A stretch of 64,000 nt of DNA from a virus, in the IMG/VR virus record IMGVR_UViG_3300032397_000002, positions 104,623 through 168,622 of that record; one strand, written 5' to 3'. The notes beneath the pieces were generated by a model. That model was given only the letters and a program-made list of their open reading frames with translations. It did not search any database and was not told the DNA's origin. Every line of letters starts with the position of its first letter. Position 1 is the stretch's first letter. Below are positions 24,400 to 35,900 of this stretch, piece after piece. Made by a program: the position numbers and the translations under genes.

Positions 24400-26916
24400 A
24401 TGGCAGACTCTAAGCAAATCAAATTCCAGTTCGTAGTTGACCAGGGCAGCGCCCGCGAAGTCAACCGAGTTCTTGATGAGATGATCAAAAAGGCCCAGGA
24501 CCTCGGCAAAGCCTTGCAAGGGGTCGGTGGCGGTGGCGGTGGTATTTTGGGTGGGGTCAGAGCGGGCTCTGGGACTCCCAGCTCTCAGAGCACGCTTGCT
24601 GGCCGTGGTGGCTCTGCCAGCCAGAGGGGCGGGACCTTCACTCAGATTCTCGGTGGTAGTGCTGATGGCTTCAAGAAGCTGGCGTCAGAAAGCGGCGCGG
24701 CCATGAAGGCCATGACCGACTCCCTTCAACGGGCAGCCAGTCAGCAACAGAGCGCAGTCGATAAGCTCTCGAAGGAGCTGGACGCCCTTGCCAAGATGTA
24801 CGACAAGGTCGGCGGTAAAGCCAGCGGCGCTTTCGGCGAGAAGCTCCAGGGCCTGATCCTCAACAAGGCCCAAGAAGTTCAAGACTCCAGACGAGAGCTG
24901 AGCAAGCTTCGCCAGATGGAGGGGGACCAGATGGCTGGCCCCCGGGATGACACCGTCATTCCTGGGGAAGCGAAGAGAGGCTTCGGCGGGCGCATGAAGG
25001 ATGCCTACGCCCAAGGCGGCGTGCGAGGGCTCATGGGTGCCGAGATGGCGCCTGGATTCGGTGGTGGGCGCTTCGGCATGTCAGGGGTCGGGACTATCGG
25101 TCAGGCATTGGCCCTGGCTGCGGTCGGCAAGTGGGGCTACGACGAGGTTCGTGAAGGCGGTGGGGGCATCTTCTCCAGCGATCCCAACAACGCCGGCCAG
25201 GGGGCCATGGACCTTCGGGCCAAGTCTCGGCGGGGCAAGCTGCTCAACAGCCGGATTGACGCACTCCGTGGCGGCGACATCTCTCAGTTGATCGTCCGAG
25301 AGGATATTGCAAGGGACTCGGCCACCGAGAAGTACTACCAGCAGCAGATGGATGCCGCTTCAACCGCAGAGGCCTACGCCAAGGGCGGTATGGAAGGTCT
25401 CGGCAAGCTTCCCCTCATCAAGCAGGCCCTCGGGTTGGTCGGCAAGGGTGGCGGCGAAGGAACAGCTCTTGAGGGGCTCACCACTGCAGAGATCCAGAGC
25501 AAACTCCTGGAGAACATCCAGTCTGTCGAGGCAAAACAGTCGGACAACGTTGACACGCACCAGCGCCTCAAAGACTTTCAGTACTACCAGAGCAGCCTTG
25601 GTAGTCGCACCAATGCTCAAAGAGTGATGGGCCTGACCCTGCACGGCAAAGACGGTCGTGGTGGGCCGCAAGGGACCTACGGCAATCTGGCCGGCTGGGC
25701 GACGGAGCAAGCTCTCAATCCCGACCAGGTGGTCAGCAACTTTGGCAGCCTCCGAATGATGGGGGGCTCGAAGTTTGCTGGTCAGATGGCTAAGTACGAG
25801 ACCCTATCACAAGCTGGCGGCTATAGCGGTTTCGGCCAGCTCGCAGCCCATGCCCAGGGTGGTGGTGGTACCGCACAGCAGGCCTTCCAGTTGGCCCGTG
25901 GTGCCTTAGGCGGTGGCATTGCTACCGGAGCTGGCATGCAGCTCGGCGGGTTGATGTTCGGGTACAACCCGCTCGGTACTACGAGCGGTGAAGGCCTTCT
26001 GGCCGCATCCCAGATGGGGATCGATTGGAAGTCCCTGAACGAAGGCCAGCAGTTCAATAAGGTCCAGGCGCTCGGTGGAGGGATGAAAGGCCTCAATGCC
26101 GTTGCCACCGGCACGCTTGACAACGAGTCTCTGGGCGCCAGTGTGCTCAGCGCCAAACGCATCTTGGGGCAGGACACCACCAACCCCAACCGTCTGGGCA
26201 CCCGTGCTATCGACTATCTAGCCAGTGGAATGGACCTGAAGCAGATGTATGACATTGGGCAACGTGGCGGCAAGATGACAGACAAGATGGATGTCTACGG
26301 AATTGGTCGAAGCGATGTTCGCCAACAGTTTTCGGCCAAAATCTCTTCACTATTTAAGTCTCAGCTGGACGATCCAGCGGTAGCACCTGGCTTGAAGAAG
26401 CTCATCGGCGGCTTGGATGCTGACGCTGCCAGCGTGGCGGCTGGAGGGCCCGAAGGTAACACCCTCCAAAGGCTGCTCGGAAAGGGGAAGGGATCGCTCT
26501 CGGCTGCCGAGAAAAAACAAATCAACGTAGCTCTGTCCAACCGAACGGGCATGGGTGGAGAGGAGGCTGAGGCAGCACGCGAGGTGCTCGGCGGCTTCGG
26601 ACTTGGAATCAAGAACTACAAGATCAAGACGGGAGACGCTCTCGGAGCCAAGCTGTCTGGGCCTGAGCAGGCTTCAGCAGCCGCTGCTGCTGAAGAGGTT
26701 CGGCTTCGAGAGGCGGGGCTCAAGACCGATGACCCGACCGCGAAGATCAAGGGGGGCCATGAAGCGGCCAAGGCGCAGAAGGACTTCGGCTCGAATCTAG
26801 GCGCTGAGGTGTCCGACGTAGCTGCGCATCTTGCCAGGCTCGCAACTGCCATCTCAAAGGCCACTGAAAAGATCGAAGGAAAGAGCGGGATGCGAGAGAA
26901 GGCCACGGGCGGGTAA
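24400..26916 (+). CDS. Tail tape measure protein
   Basis: 838 aa, Ala/Gly-rich helical, IKFQFVVD N-terminus, synteny. Confidence 0.75.
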   Translation: MADSKQIKFQFVVDQGSAREVNRVLDEMIKKAQDLGKALQGVGGGGGGILGGVRAGSGTPSSQSTLAGRGGSASQRGGTFTQILGGSADGFKKLASESGAAMKAMTDSLQRAASQQQSAVDKLSKELDALAKMYDKVGGKASGAFGEKLQGLILNKAQEVQDSRRELSKLRQMEGDQMAGPRDDTVIPGEAKRGFGGRMKDAYAQGGVRGLMGAEMAPGFGGGRFGMSGVGTIGQALALAAVGKWGYDEVREGGGGIFSSDPNNAGQGAMDLRAKSRRGKLLNSRIDALRGGDISQLIVREDIARDSATEKYYQQQMDAASTAEAYAKGGMEGLGKLPLIKQALGLVGKGGGEGTALEGLTTAEIQSKLLENIQSVEAKQSDNVDTHQRLKDFQYYQSSLGSRTNAQRVMGLTLHGKDGRGGPQGTYGNLAGWATEQALNPDQVVSNFGSLRMMGGSKFAGQMAKYETLSQAGGYSGFGQLAAHAQGGGGTAQQAFQLARGALGGGIATGAGMQLGGLMFGYNPLGTTSGEGLLAASQMGIDWKSLNEGQQFNKVQALGGGMKGLNAVATGTLDNESLGASVLSAKRILGQDTTNPNRLGTRAIDYLASGMDLKQMYDIGQRGGKMTDKMDVYGIGRSDVRQQFSAKISSLFKSQLDDPAVAPGLKKLIGGLDADAASVAAGGPEGNTLQRLLGKGKGSLSAAEKKQINVALSNRTGMGGEEAEAAREVLGGFGLGIKNYKIKTGDALGAKLSGPEQASAAAAAEEVRLREAGLKTDDPTAKIKGGHEAAKAQKDFGSNLGAEVSDVAAHLARLATAISKATEKIEGKSGMREKATGG

Positions 26917-26922
26917 GAATTC

Positions 26923-28698
26923 ATGAGCTTCAATATCAGCAATGAGTACGAAAGTCAGGACTACCTGTCCCTCAATCCGCATTGGATTGTGGTTGTGCTG
27001 CCTTTGAAGTTTCCGGTTACCTACAAAAGAAGCTCGGCCACCTCGTTCAGTCAAGACTACTCGCAAGCGGTTGCACTTCAGGCCGCCGTAATACTGACCA
27101 GCGAGGTCCAGTCAATCGGCGTCAGCTCCACCAAAGGCAATCATGTTGGCTCACTGAATGCTACCCTGTTCCCGGACAAAGAGTTCCTGTCTATCATCAA
27201 CCCGGGCGACTATGTTTTTTGTTGGATGATGAACGACGAAGAGACCTTCAGAGATGTGATAGACAAACTGAAGAAGGTTACCGGCCACGAAGTGGGTGAT
27301 GCGCCCAACGGTTTCCGAGACGGACTCAAATTCTACGGGAGAGTGAACTCAATCAGGGAGCAGGTTCAACAGTTCCCTGATGGTCGACGGCAAGCCCGTT
27401 TCCTCATGAATGCGAACAGCTTCACCGAGCTGGACGCGACCTTCTTCTACGAAGAGCACCTCTCTTTGCTGCAGGCTGGCCCAGCCACTCAGATCAAGAA
27501 AATGAACCTGGAGATCGACAAGATCTTCGACGACTCCACAGGCGAGGCGGGTATCATTCCCAATCAGATGATTGTATCGCTGATTGACGTATTCCTCGGA
27601 AAGGGGGTCCAGAAAAATCTTGGAAGTGGTCAAGAGGACCCCGCACTCAAATCGACCTTTGGTACCGAGGGGGACTACGCCCACATCGTTCCAGAGCTGG
27701 TTGGGGCCATTCTCAACAAGCCTGACGTCTCCACCCGCATCCAGAAGACCGCAGACATCATCGAGGTGGTCCACGGAATTCAGCACTACAGCGACTCGGC
27801 TGCGCAGGAGTTCGGAACAAAAGACTCCAAGACCCTCTACGAGTCCTTTGCTCCCACCGGTACGAATCAGACTAGTAGCCGCAGGTTCACGGGCGAGAAT
27901 CTCCTTGGAAGAAACACCCCGGTCCCACCCACCCTCACGAATAAGCCCCTGTGGGCCGTATTGAATGACTACCTGAATCCGTCCTGCAATGAGATGTACG
28001 CAACCCTGAGGGCCAACACAGAAGGCAAGGTGGTCCCAACAGTGATTGTCCGTCAGATGCCCTTCACTACTGACGCCTACACCCAGGCTAACGTAGCTGC
28101 CACCTACTTTCAAGAGCTGCCCCGCTGGAAGGTGCCGGAGATTATCGTCAGGGACGCTGACATTGGGCGCTCCGACGCTCTTCGATTCAACTTCGTTCAC
28201 ATCTATGGCACATCAGACACTATCGGTGCCAGGAACGCTACCCAGCAGATCGTAGACGCGCCTCCTTACGCAGATCCACTCGACATCGCTCGATCAGGCC
28301 TCAGGCCGTTCATGATGACCGTGCCCTGCTGGGTCAATGAGACCAGGGAGGAGCAAGGCCCCAAGAAGTGGATGACTTTGGCGTCCGACTTCATCATGGG
28401 CCAGCAAATGACGCTGACTGGCATCCTACATACCGTCGGCATTCAGACCCCCGTTTGTGTTGGGGACAACCTGGAGTGGGATGGAAACCTGTACCATATC
28501 GAATCCATCAGTCACTCCTGTCAGGTCTCATCGGATGGGAAGAAAAACTTCAGCACCACCCTCGGCCTGACCCACGGGATGGGCATCGACACCTTTCAGT
28601 CTGGCGACTCCACAGACCTCCGCCTGTACGCAAGGGTAGATTCCACTAAAGAAGAGTCAACTTTTATTCCGAAGCTCACGGTTGAGAGAAAAGACTAA
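26923..28698 (+). CDS. Baseplate hub protein (gp27-like)
   Basis: C-terminal VGDNL...YHIESISH...FSTTLGLTHG; synteny. Confidence 0.7.
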   Translation: MSFNISNEYESQDYLSLNPHWIVVVLPLKFPVTYKRSSATSFSQDYSQAVALQAAVILTSEVQSIGVSSTKGNHVGSLNATLFPDKEFLSIINPGDYVFCWMMNDEETFRDVIDKLKKVTGHEVGDAPNGFRDGLKFYGRVNSIREQVQQFPDGRRQARFLMNANSFTELDATFFYEEHLSLLQAGPATQIKKMNLEIDKIFDDSTGEAGIIPNQMIVSLIDVFLGKGVQKNLGSGQEDPALKSTFGTEGDYAHIVPELVGAILNKPDVSTRIQKTADIIEVVHGIQHYSDSAAQEFGTKDSKTLYESFAPTGTNQTSSRRFTGENLLGRNTPVPPTLTNKPLWAVLNDYLNPSCNEMYATLRANTEGKVVPTVIVRQMPFTTDAYTQANVAATYFQELPRWKVPEIIVRDADIGRSDALRFNFVHIYGTSDTIGARNATQQIVDAPPYADPLDIARSGLRPFMMTVPCWVNETREEQGPKKWMTLASDFIMGQQMTLTGILHTVGIQTPVCVGDNLEWDGNLYHIESISHSCQVSSDGKKNFSTTLGLTHGMGIDTFQSGDSTDLRLYARVDSTKEESTFIPKLTVERKD

Positions 28699-29816
28699 TG
28701 ATCGACAACACCATCATACCCTGCTACTTCAACACCGAAACGCGGGGGGCTCCTCAGTCTACAGAGAGCATGAACAATCTGGCCATGAGGATCGGTGAGG
28801 TCAAGGCTATCTTCTACCCAGACGACAAGAAGAATATCTCGGGTAAGTTGGTTGAGTATACGGTGGAGGTTCTCCAGCAGGACGGGAGTTCGACCATGTC
28901 GTCCACCCTCTATCACGGATGTGTCGTCAGTCATCTCTTTGGCGGAGTAGCAGACCGCATCAACTACACGCTACGCCCCGCTGAGAAACAGAACGGCGGT
29001 GAGAAGAAGACCGGCGGTGCTGGAGTTGGGTCTAAGGTGCTGCTCCTGTGCATCAATGGCAACAAGACGAACGCTGTCATCATCGGGGGATTGCCAGACC
29101 TGGACAGCTCCGAAGACGACAAGAAGGACGACGGGCACAACCTCGCGTTCGAATTCAATGGCGTTCAGATTGGGGTCAACAAGGACGGTGAGCTGCGGAT
29201 TCGCTACCGTGGTCAGACGAAAGTAGATGGAACCCTGGGCGACAATGCCAACGCCGATGCAGAAGGTAGCACTGTCATCTTCAACAAAGATGGCGACATC
29301 AAGTTGTACACCAAGGACGAGAAGCAGTTCATCCACCTGAACCACAAGGACAAGAAGCTCGAAATCCTGGCTGATGAAGAGTGGAACGTCAAGGTCAACA
29401 AGAAGCTCATCTTCGAGGCTGGCGACGACATCAGTATCACCGGTAAGAAGGCCTGCAGCATCGAAATTACCGACAACATCACCATGAAGTCGAAGGGCGT
29501 CCTGGTTGGTGACGCCACTGACGCCTGGCTCCTGGCCAACAAGTACCGAGACGCCGAGACCCAGATGTTGAAACAAATCAGCACCGCCATGCAGACGCTC
29601 ATGAGTCTCATTCAGACGGCCGCCATCAGCCTGACTGCAGCTGCAGCCGCCAATGCCCCTCCAATCGTTGGTGGAGCCATTGCGGCAACCCCATTTGCTG
29701 CAGCCGGCACAGCCCTCACGAGCGCCGCCCCAATCTTCATGCAGGTGTCCACTGCCATCGAATCATTCGAGGCCCAGGCGTCCACCTACCTCTCAACTAA
29801 GAACAAGAACGACTAG
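28698..29816 (+). CDS. Baseplate central spike (gpV/gp5-like OB fold plus beta-helix)
   Basis: GSKVLLLCINGNKTNAVIIGGL followed by short beta-strand repeats. Confidence 0.7.
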   Translation: MIDNTIIPCYFNTETRGAPQSTESMNNLAMRIGEVKAIFYPDDKKNISGKLVEYTVEVLQQDGSSTMSSTLYHGCVVSHLFGGVADRINYTLRPAEKQNGGEKKTGGAGVGSKVLLLCINGNKTNAVIIGGLPDLDSSEDDKKDDGHNLAFEFNGVQIGVNKDGELRIRYRGQTKVDGTLGDNANADAEGSTVIFNKDGDIKLYTKDEKQFIHLNHKDKKLEILADEEWNVKVNKKLIFEAGDDISITGKKACSIEITDNITMKSKGVLVGDATDAWLLANKYRDAETQMLKQISTAMQTLMSLIQTAAISLTAAAAANAPPIVGGAIAATPFAAAGTALTSAAPIFMQVSTAIESFEAQASTYLSTKNKND

Positions 29817-29819
29817 CCC

Positions 29820-30389
29820 ATGGCCGCCCTCATACTCACCACCCTTCAGTCTCAGTTCATGACCTCTCTTGAGGCCCCGCTCCTCAGCGCCTTTGGCGAT
29901 GGCGTCGTGTTACCTGGAGGGAATCCAGCTAGCATTGCTGGATTCAAGGGCTTCAACGACCTCAGCGCCGACCAAAAGCTCACCGCCTTGAATGGCATGA
30001 AGTCGACCTTCGCCCCCCTGATAGCGAAGCTGGTTGCAGACGAGACACCAGTCTACACCGAGGTCACATTCCAGAATGGGTTTTCAGCTTGGGGAGATGG
30101 GAACTATGGTGCTGGCACGGTGCGGTACTACAAGGACCCACGGGGGTATGTCCATGTCCACGGCCTCGTGAGAGCCCCCTCAACTGGCACCCTTCGGTAC
30201 GCCATCATGTTTTACCTACCGGCAGGTTTTCAGCCAGTCAATGGTGATTCTCGAATCTTCGCTTGTGCAATGAACGAAACTCTCGCCGCGAACATCGAGG
30301 TCAGTTGGAGTGGTAGTGTGAGGTCACTCACTGACATTTCTTACGGCGCCTGGATTTCTCTCGACTTCAGTTTCTACGCTGGAGGGTAA
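29820..30389 (+). CDS. Virion protein with tail-fibre-type C-terminal beta domain
   Basis: RYYKDPRGYVHVHGLV...FYLPAGFQP. Confidence 0.55.
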   Translation: MAALILTTLQSQFMTSLEAPLLSAFGDGVVLPGGNPASIAGFKGFNDLSADQKLTALNGMKSTFAPLIAKLVADETPVYTEVTFQNGFSAWGDGNYGAGTVRYYKDPRGYVHVHGLVRAPSTGTLRYAIMFYLPAGFQPVNGDSRIFACAMNETLAANIEVSWSGSVRSLTDISYGAWISLDFSFYAGG

Positions 30390-30399
30390 TCTTTAGGCC

Positions 30400-32925
30400 A
30401 TGGCATCAGACATCTTCAGACCCATACCCCAGATTCAGCTAGAACAAGCCGTAAAGTCAAACATCGACATTCGAGATGATGCCGGCGACTTCAAGGACGC
30501 CTTCTGGGATTATTCGGACCTCCGTGCCACTGCCAACTACTGGAGCCATCGTCTTCCTTACCGGCTCAAGGTCTGGAAGAGGGTCGATGGAAACTGGACC
30601 AACACAAGTCCATTCACATCGTTCATTCTTCCAATTCCACCGGAAAGTCTCACCGTTAGCGTTCCCTATGCCATCACCACGACTGTAACCCTTGGCGGCA
30701 TCGTTGAGGAACACAACGGTGCACCACTGAGAACCATCGTCATCAGTGGCACCACCGGGGTGACACCTCTCCGTGGCACTGCCATGTCGGAAGCAATTGC
30801 AAACCGTGGGGCTTCCAGCATTCCAGCGTCCATTTTTGCTGGCACCCTTAGTGGTGTCAGCTCTTTGGCGTCGAGTGTTGAACAGCTCGGAACCGGAAAC
30901 GGAAAAACCGGCGCTCTCATCGATACCAATTTGGATGAAACCAAAGACAGTAGCGGCTACATGCAGTTCAAGCTTCTGCAACGCTTCCTTGAAGCCTACA
31001 TCGCTCTCAAAAAGACGTCCAAGGGGAGAGACTACGTCTTGGTTTTCGAGATGTGGAAAGACGCAGAGATGTACTTCGTGACGCCGGTGAGTTTTGAACT
31101 GCGAAGGTCGACTGCCAGTCCACTTGAGTACCAGTACTCAATCATCATGAAGGCCTGGAAGCGTCAGAATCCTGGGGTGTACAAGACCGCCGCATTTGAT
31201 AACCCGATTGTCGCCAAGGACCTAAACAACCTAGCCAAGGCAATGAACTCTCTGGAGCTTGCCAGGGGCGTTCTTGAGGGGGCAAGGAAAGTCCTGACCG
31301 GAATTCGAGCGGACATCAACGAAAGTTTGTTCACTCCCATCAGAGAGAGCGTCTTGTTTGTCAAGGACATCTTGGGGGTAGCCCTGACCGCTGTCGATCT
31401 CCCGTCAAATATCATCTCAGACATGAAGGGGCCCATCGCAGCAGCTTCTGGGGTCGCTGGAACACTCAAAGAGTTCGGTGGGGTCGGGAATCGTCTGAAG
31501 AATGCTGGAGAGGGGCTGGTCAATGCAGCCAAAGACATGGCTCAGGCCTTTCAGAACCTCAGCATCAGTAGCGGGGCCTCTCAGACCGGCTCTCCAGACC
31601 AGCAGGATAGCGGCAGCAACCAGCAGTCTTTGGAAGACGGAAGCCCGGCCCACAAGGGGGCTGCTAACCCAGACGACAACTTCGAGTTTTTCAAGACTAT
31701 CAAACCGGGTACGTTGAACCTGTCTCCCCATACTCAGAAGAAAATCACCGATGAAAAACTTCGTGTCCGCAAGCTCAAGCGAGAAGACTTCGAGGCTCGC
31801 AGAGACCTCATTGCGGGCACCCTCACTGATTTTCAAGACTCCATCGGTCTTGGCAATGCCACCTACACGAGAATCTACGGTCTAACCCCCAAGACCCAGC
31901 TCCGGGAGGCCAGCGAGTCCGACTTCGATGTCATCTTCGCCTTGAACGCTACGGTCATTGAGATGAACCGCCTCGCTGCCAGCTCGAACATCAACCGAGA
32001 CGAGGTTTCAGCCATTGACTACATCGCTGGCCTGGCTTCCAGGTCGGGGATTGCCTTCAAGACGCCCAAGTCGAAGTTCTTGGTCCCGTTCCCCTACGGC
32101 CACACCCTTGAGCAGATCAGCAAGATGTACCTTGGGACCGAAGACAGGTGGCATGAAATTGCCGCTCTGAACGGCCTCCTTGCCCCCTACGTGGACGAAA
32201 CAGGCTTCACCCTCCCCCTCCTCACGAATGGCAACGGAAACACCGTCACGGTCAGCGATGGCTCGAAATTGTTCGTGAATCAGCCTGTTTGGATTAGCAG
32301 TACGGCTGTCGGGCGCATCAAGCAGCGCATCACCAAAATTGAGCCCCTGAGCCCCGGCTTGGTGGCTGTGACCATGACGGGCGACAGCACCTTGAGCCAA
32401 TTCACCGTGGGAGCCGGCGCCGCAATCCAAGCCTTCCTTCCCAACACCGTGAATTCACAGCAATCGCTCTTCATTCCAAGTGACGAAGAGGTTGTTGAAG
32501 AGGACTACCGGCTCAAGTCGGTGCCCGGTGTCGACCATTTCGACCCCCTCCTGAGGGTTGGTGGCATCGATTTGCTCTTGACTCAGTCTGGAGACCTGGT
32601 CATCACCCCAGATGGTGACACACGCCTGGCTGTAGGCCTCACGAACATTGTTCAGAAGGTGCGGCTGGTCATTGACACGACGCGAGGTAGCCTTCTGCAC
32701 CACCCAGACTACGGTTTCCCTTCCATTCTGGGTGAAAGTACGGCCGACGTCAGCGCCACCGACCTCCTGAAAATCTGCAAGGACCTTTTTCGAGATGACC
32801 CCACCTTCACTGGGGTTGAGTCTGCAGCAATCTTGAAGGACGGGCCGGTCTGTAAAATCACCCTCTCGGTGGGGATTGCCGGCACTCAGCAGGTCATCCC
32901 CATCACTGTAGAGATCCCCCGGTAA
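30400..32925 (+). CDS. Fused tail-tube initiator / LysM / gp25-like baseplate protein
   Basis: N-terminal LPIPPESL...ISGTTG; LysM TLEQIS..YLG...RWHEIAALN; C-terminal GDL...NIVQ...RGSLLHHPDYG. Confidence 0.7.
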   Translation: MASDIFRPIPQIQLEQAVKSNIDIRDDAGDFKDAFWDYSDLRATANYWSHRLPYRLKVWKRVDGNWTNTSPFTSFILPIPPESLTVSVPYAITTTVTLGGIVEEHNGAPLRTIVISGTTGVTPLRGTAMSEAIANRGASSIPASIFAGTLSGVSSLASSVEQLGTGNGKTGALIDTNLDETKDSSGYMQFKLLQRFLEAYIALKKTSKGRDYVLVFEMWKDAEMYFVTPVSFELRRSTASPLEYQYSIIMKAWKRQNPGVYKTAAFDNPIVAKDLNNLAKAMNSLELARGVLEGARKVLTGIRADINESLFTPIRESVLFVKDILGVALTAVDLPSNIISDMKGPIAAASGVAGTLKEFGGVGNRLKNAGEGLVNAAKDMAQAFQNLSISSGASQTGSPDQQDSGSNQQSLEDGSPAHKGAANPDDNFEFFKTIKPGTLNLSPHTQKKITDEKLRVRKLKREDFEARRDLIAGTLTDFQDSIGLGNATYTRIYGLTPKTQLREASESDFDVIFALNATVIEMNRLAASSNINRDEVSAIDYIAGLASRSGIAFKTPKSKFLVPFPYGHTLEQISKMYLGTEDRWHEIAALNGLLAPYVDETGFTLPLLTNGNGNTVTVSDGSKLFVNQPVWISSTAVGRIKQRITKIEPLSPGLVAVTMTGDSTLSQFTVGAGAAIQAFLPNTVNSQQSLFIPSDEEVVEEDYRLKSVPGVDHFDPLLRVGGIDLLLTQSGDLVITPDGDTRLAVGLTNIVQKVRLVIDTTRGSLLHHPDYGFPSILGESTADVSATDLLKICKDLFRDDPTFTGVESAAILKDGPVCKITLSVGIAGTQQVIPITVEIPR

Positions 32926-32975
32926 GCGCCGGCAATCTTTGCCGTAGGGTATAATCTCCACAGGGATTCAAACTC

Positions 32976-35900
32976 ATGGCAACCATTCCCACTCCCAGGT
33001 CGTACTCTGCCACAGTCGGAGACATGCTGGACGCCCTGCTCTCAAAGCTCGGCATCCCCAATGTCCGTGTCGGTTCTGGCACCCTGTCTATCATCGAGGC
33101 AGCAGCCCAGTCCGACCTTCGGAGTAGCCAGGACATCTTCAATCTCCTGAACTCGACCAGCCTGGATAGAGCTACCGGCCAGGCCCTGGACCGCCTGGGG
33201 AATGACGAGGACGCCCCCCGCATTGCCGAATCTGCATCCAGCGGCGGCATCACCGTCAGTGACACCAGCTTCACCAAGGTCTCGACCAAGGTCTTCCAGG
33301 GCAAGCCCCCTCCCATCATCGGCAGTGCCGTTCTCTACGTCTCTGACGCCCTTCTCTTTCCATCCAGTGGCAGCGTCTACATCGGTCGAGGCACCACAAA
33401 CTACGAGGGCCCCCTCGCCTACACCTCGAAGACCAACAACACCAACTACTGGACACTGAACCTGGCCGTAAGCAACTACACGACCAAATACCACAACCTT
33501 GGTGAGACAGTTGTCCTTGCTCAGGGTGGAGACCGCATCGTCGCAGCCGGCACCGTGGTCCAGACTGCCCAGGCGAATGCAGCCTCAGCCGTCCAATTCT
33601 CGGTCCAGTATGCTGCAACCCTCCCAGATGGGGAAACCAGCATCACCGGTGTCTCTGTCGTTGCCAAGACCCCTGGCGTGGTCGGAAACGTCATTGCTGG
33701 CAGCATCAACTCCTTCGTCAGCGCCCCGTTCACCGGAGCAGCTGTCAATAACCCATCCCCCTTCAGCAATGGCCTGGGTACTGAAGACGACAACACCTAC
33801 CGTGAGCGCATCAGGGCTGTTCGCCAGTCCCGCAGCCGTGCCACCCCTCTGGCAATCAAGACTGGTATCACCGGCATCAGCTCCCTGACTGAGAACAAGA
33901 GGGTCATCAGCTGCTCTGTCATCCGCCGCCAGGCCTATCCCACAACTGTCTACATCGACGACGGCACTGGCTATGAAGAGGCCACCCAGGGCGTCGCCTT
34001 GGAAACCCTCGTTGATGAGGCCCTGGGAGGGGAGCAGTACTTCCAGTTGGTCCACGGACGTCCCGTCGCCAAGGCCTATGTCGCCAGCGTCTTCCAGGCC
34101 CCTTTCATTCTCTCTTCTTCAATGAAGCTCGCTGTCCAGGTTGGTGGGAAGCTCAGCGAACACGTTTTCAGCTCCTCTGAATTCCGCTCCATCAGCAACG
34201 CCAGCGCCTACGAAGTTGTCGCGAGCATCAACGCCAATGTCGACCTGACCTGGAACGCCAGAACGCTGAACTCAGGCACTCAGGTCGCTCTCTTTTCGAA
34301 GTCCGACACCGAGGAGGACATCGAGGTTGTGACTCCCAGCGGCAGCTTCGTGGACGCCAATACGGCAATGGGCTTCAGCTCGGGCAAGGTGGACACTCTC
34401 CGCCTCTACAAAAACGACGTTCTTCTCAGTAAAGACGGTCAGTTGGCCGTCCTTACCGGAAACAACCAGGGCCTGTGGGTGGGTACCTCTTCTGGTGAAA
34501 CCCTCATCATCCAGGTGGATGGTGTCAACGTTGCTCTGGCAGCTGGCACGAACACCTACACCATCAATGACATCGACTTTGTCAACGCTGGAACGGCCTT
34601 TCGAACCGTCAGCTCGACCAACAGCCTTGAAAGCTGGGCCGAGGTGCTGAACTACAAGATTCCAGGCATCACTGCAGCTGTGGTTGGTGGAAGCGTTACC
34701 TTGACGTCGAATCGAGGTCGTACCTCCAAGGCCAGCGTTGCTGTCACCGGCGGCACCCTGAACACCAAGGGGCTCTTTCCCATCAGCACCGCCACCGGCA
34801 AGGACCTTGACTACACGCTTGACCGTAACCTGGGTCAGATTCGTCTCGAAGATTCACTCCTCCTTCATACTGGAGATCGCCTGACGGCTGGAAGCTACGC
34901 AACCAGAGCCTTCTTGGAGTCGGGAGAGCTGACCACCCTGACCATCAGTGGCACCGCCAACACCAGTGTTTCCGGTGAAGCCGGAGCAGAGCTGTGGTTC
35001 GTGGTCGATGGCAGCGCCCAGCTCATCACCACCCGCATTGGCAACTCGACCTCTGTCACCTTCGTGGCTGCAGGCACCTGGACCGGTGGGGCACGCAAGG
35101 TTCAAATCACAGGCCTCTCAACCCTCTTCGAAAACGTCGTTGCTGGTGACTGGCTCATCGTCAACGACGCCAACATCAACATCGCCAATCGGGGTGCTTT
35201 CCGAGTTGTCGCTGTCACCGGTGGTGGTCTGACGGTGGAAGTCGAGAGACCGGCATCCTACGTGGGGCCCTACGAGACTGTTGCTCTGTCAACGGGTGGA
35301 ATGATTGTCGTCAGAACCACCGCAGATGTGCAGAGGGTGTACCTTCCCAATGCAGCCAACTACACGGCAGCCAGTATCGCCACCAGCATCACCTCGCAGC
35401 TTCGTGGCGCTGCAGCCGCGACCTACCGGACCAAACAGTTCCGTGTTCGCACCAACAGCTTCTTGACTGAAGGGGACATTGCTCTTGTGGCCAGCAATGT
35501 TGAGGGCCTGAAGTTGACCTTGAATGTGGGTTCGGCTACCTCCAATCAGACCTCCCACCTGGCATCTATCGAAGCCGGCAACCCTGAGACCGGCACCCCT
35601 CAATTCAACATCAACACCATCGCTTCCGCATCCAGCACTTCCGTCTTCACCGTGAACAACACCTGGGTCAGGAACGCTGGCGACCTGGTCGTAGGGCTCA
35701 GTCCGGTTGATTCAGTTGGTGCCAGGTATGGCAATGTCAGACACGTCACCCCCATTGAATACCTCAACGGCAACATTCTCACGACCCGTCGACCTGCTGT
35801 CAACTCTTGGCTGGTGAACGACCGCGTCTACTCTGCCAGCTCGTACGCGATGACGGCAGACGACGAGATGGCTGTTGTGGTGGATGGGGATACGTCCGGC

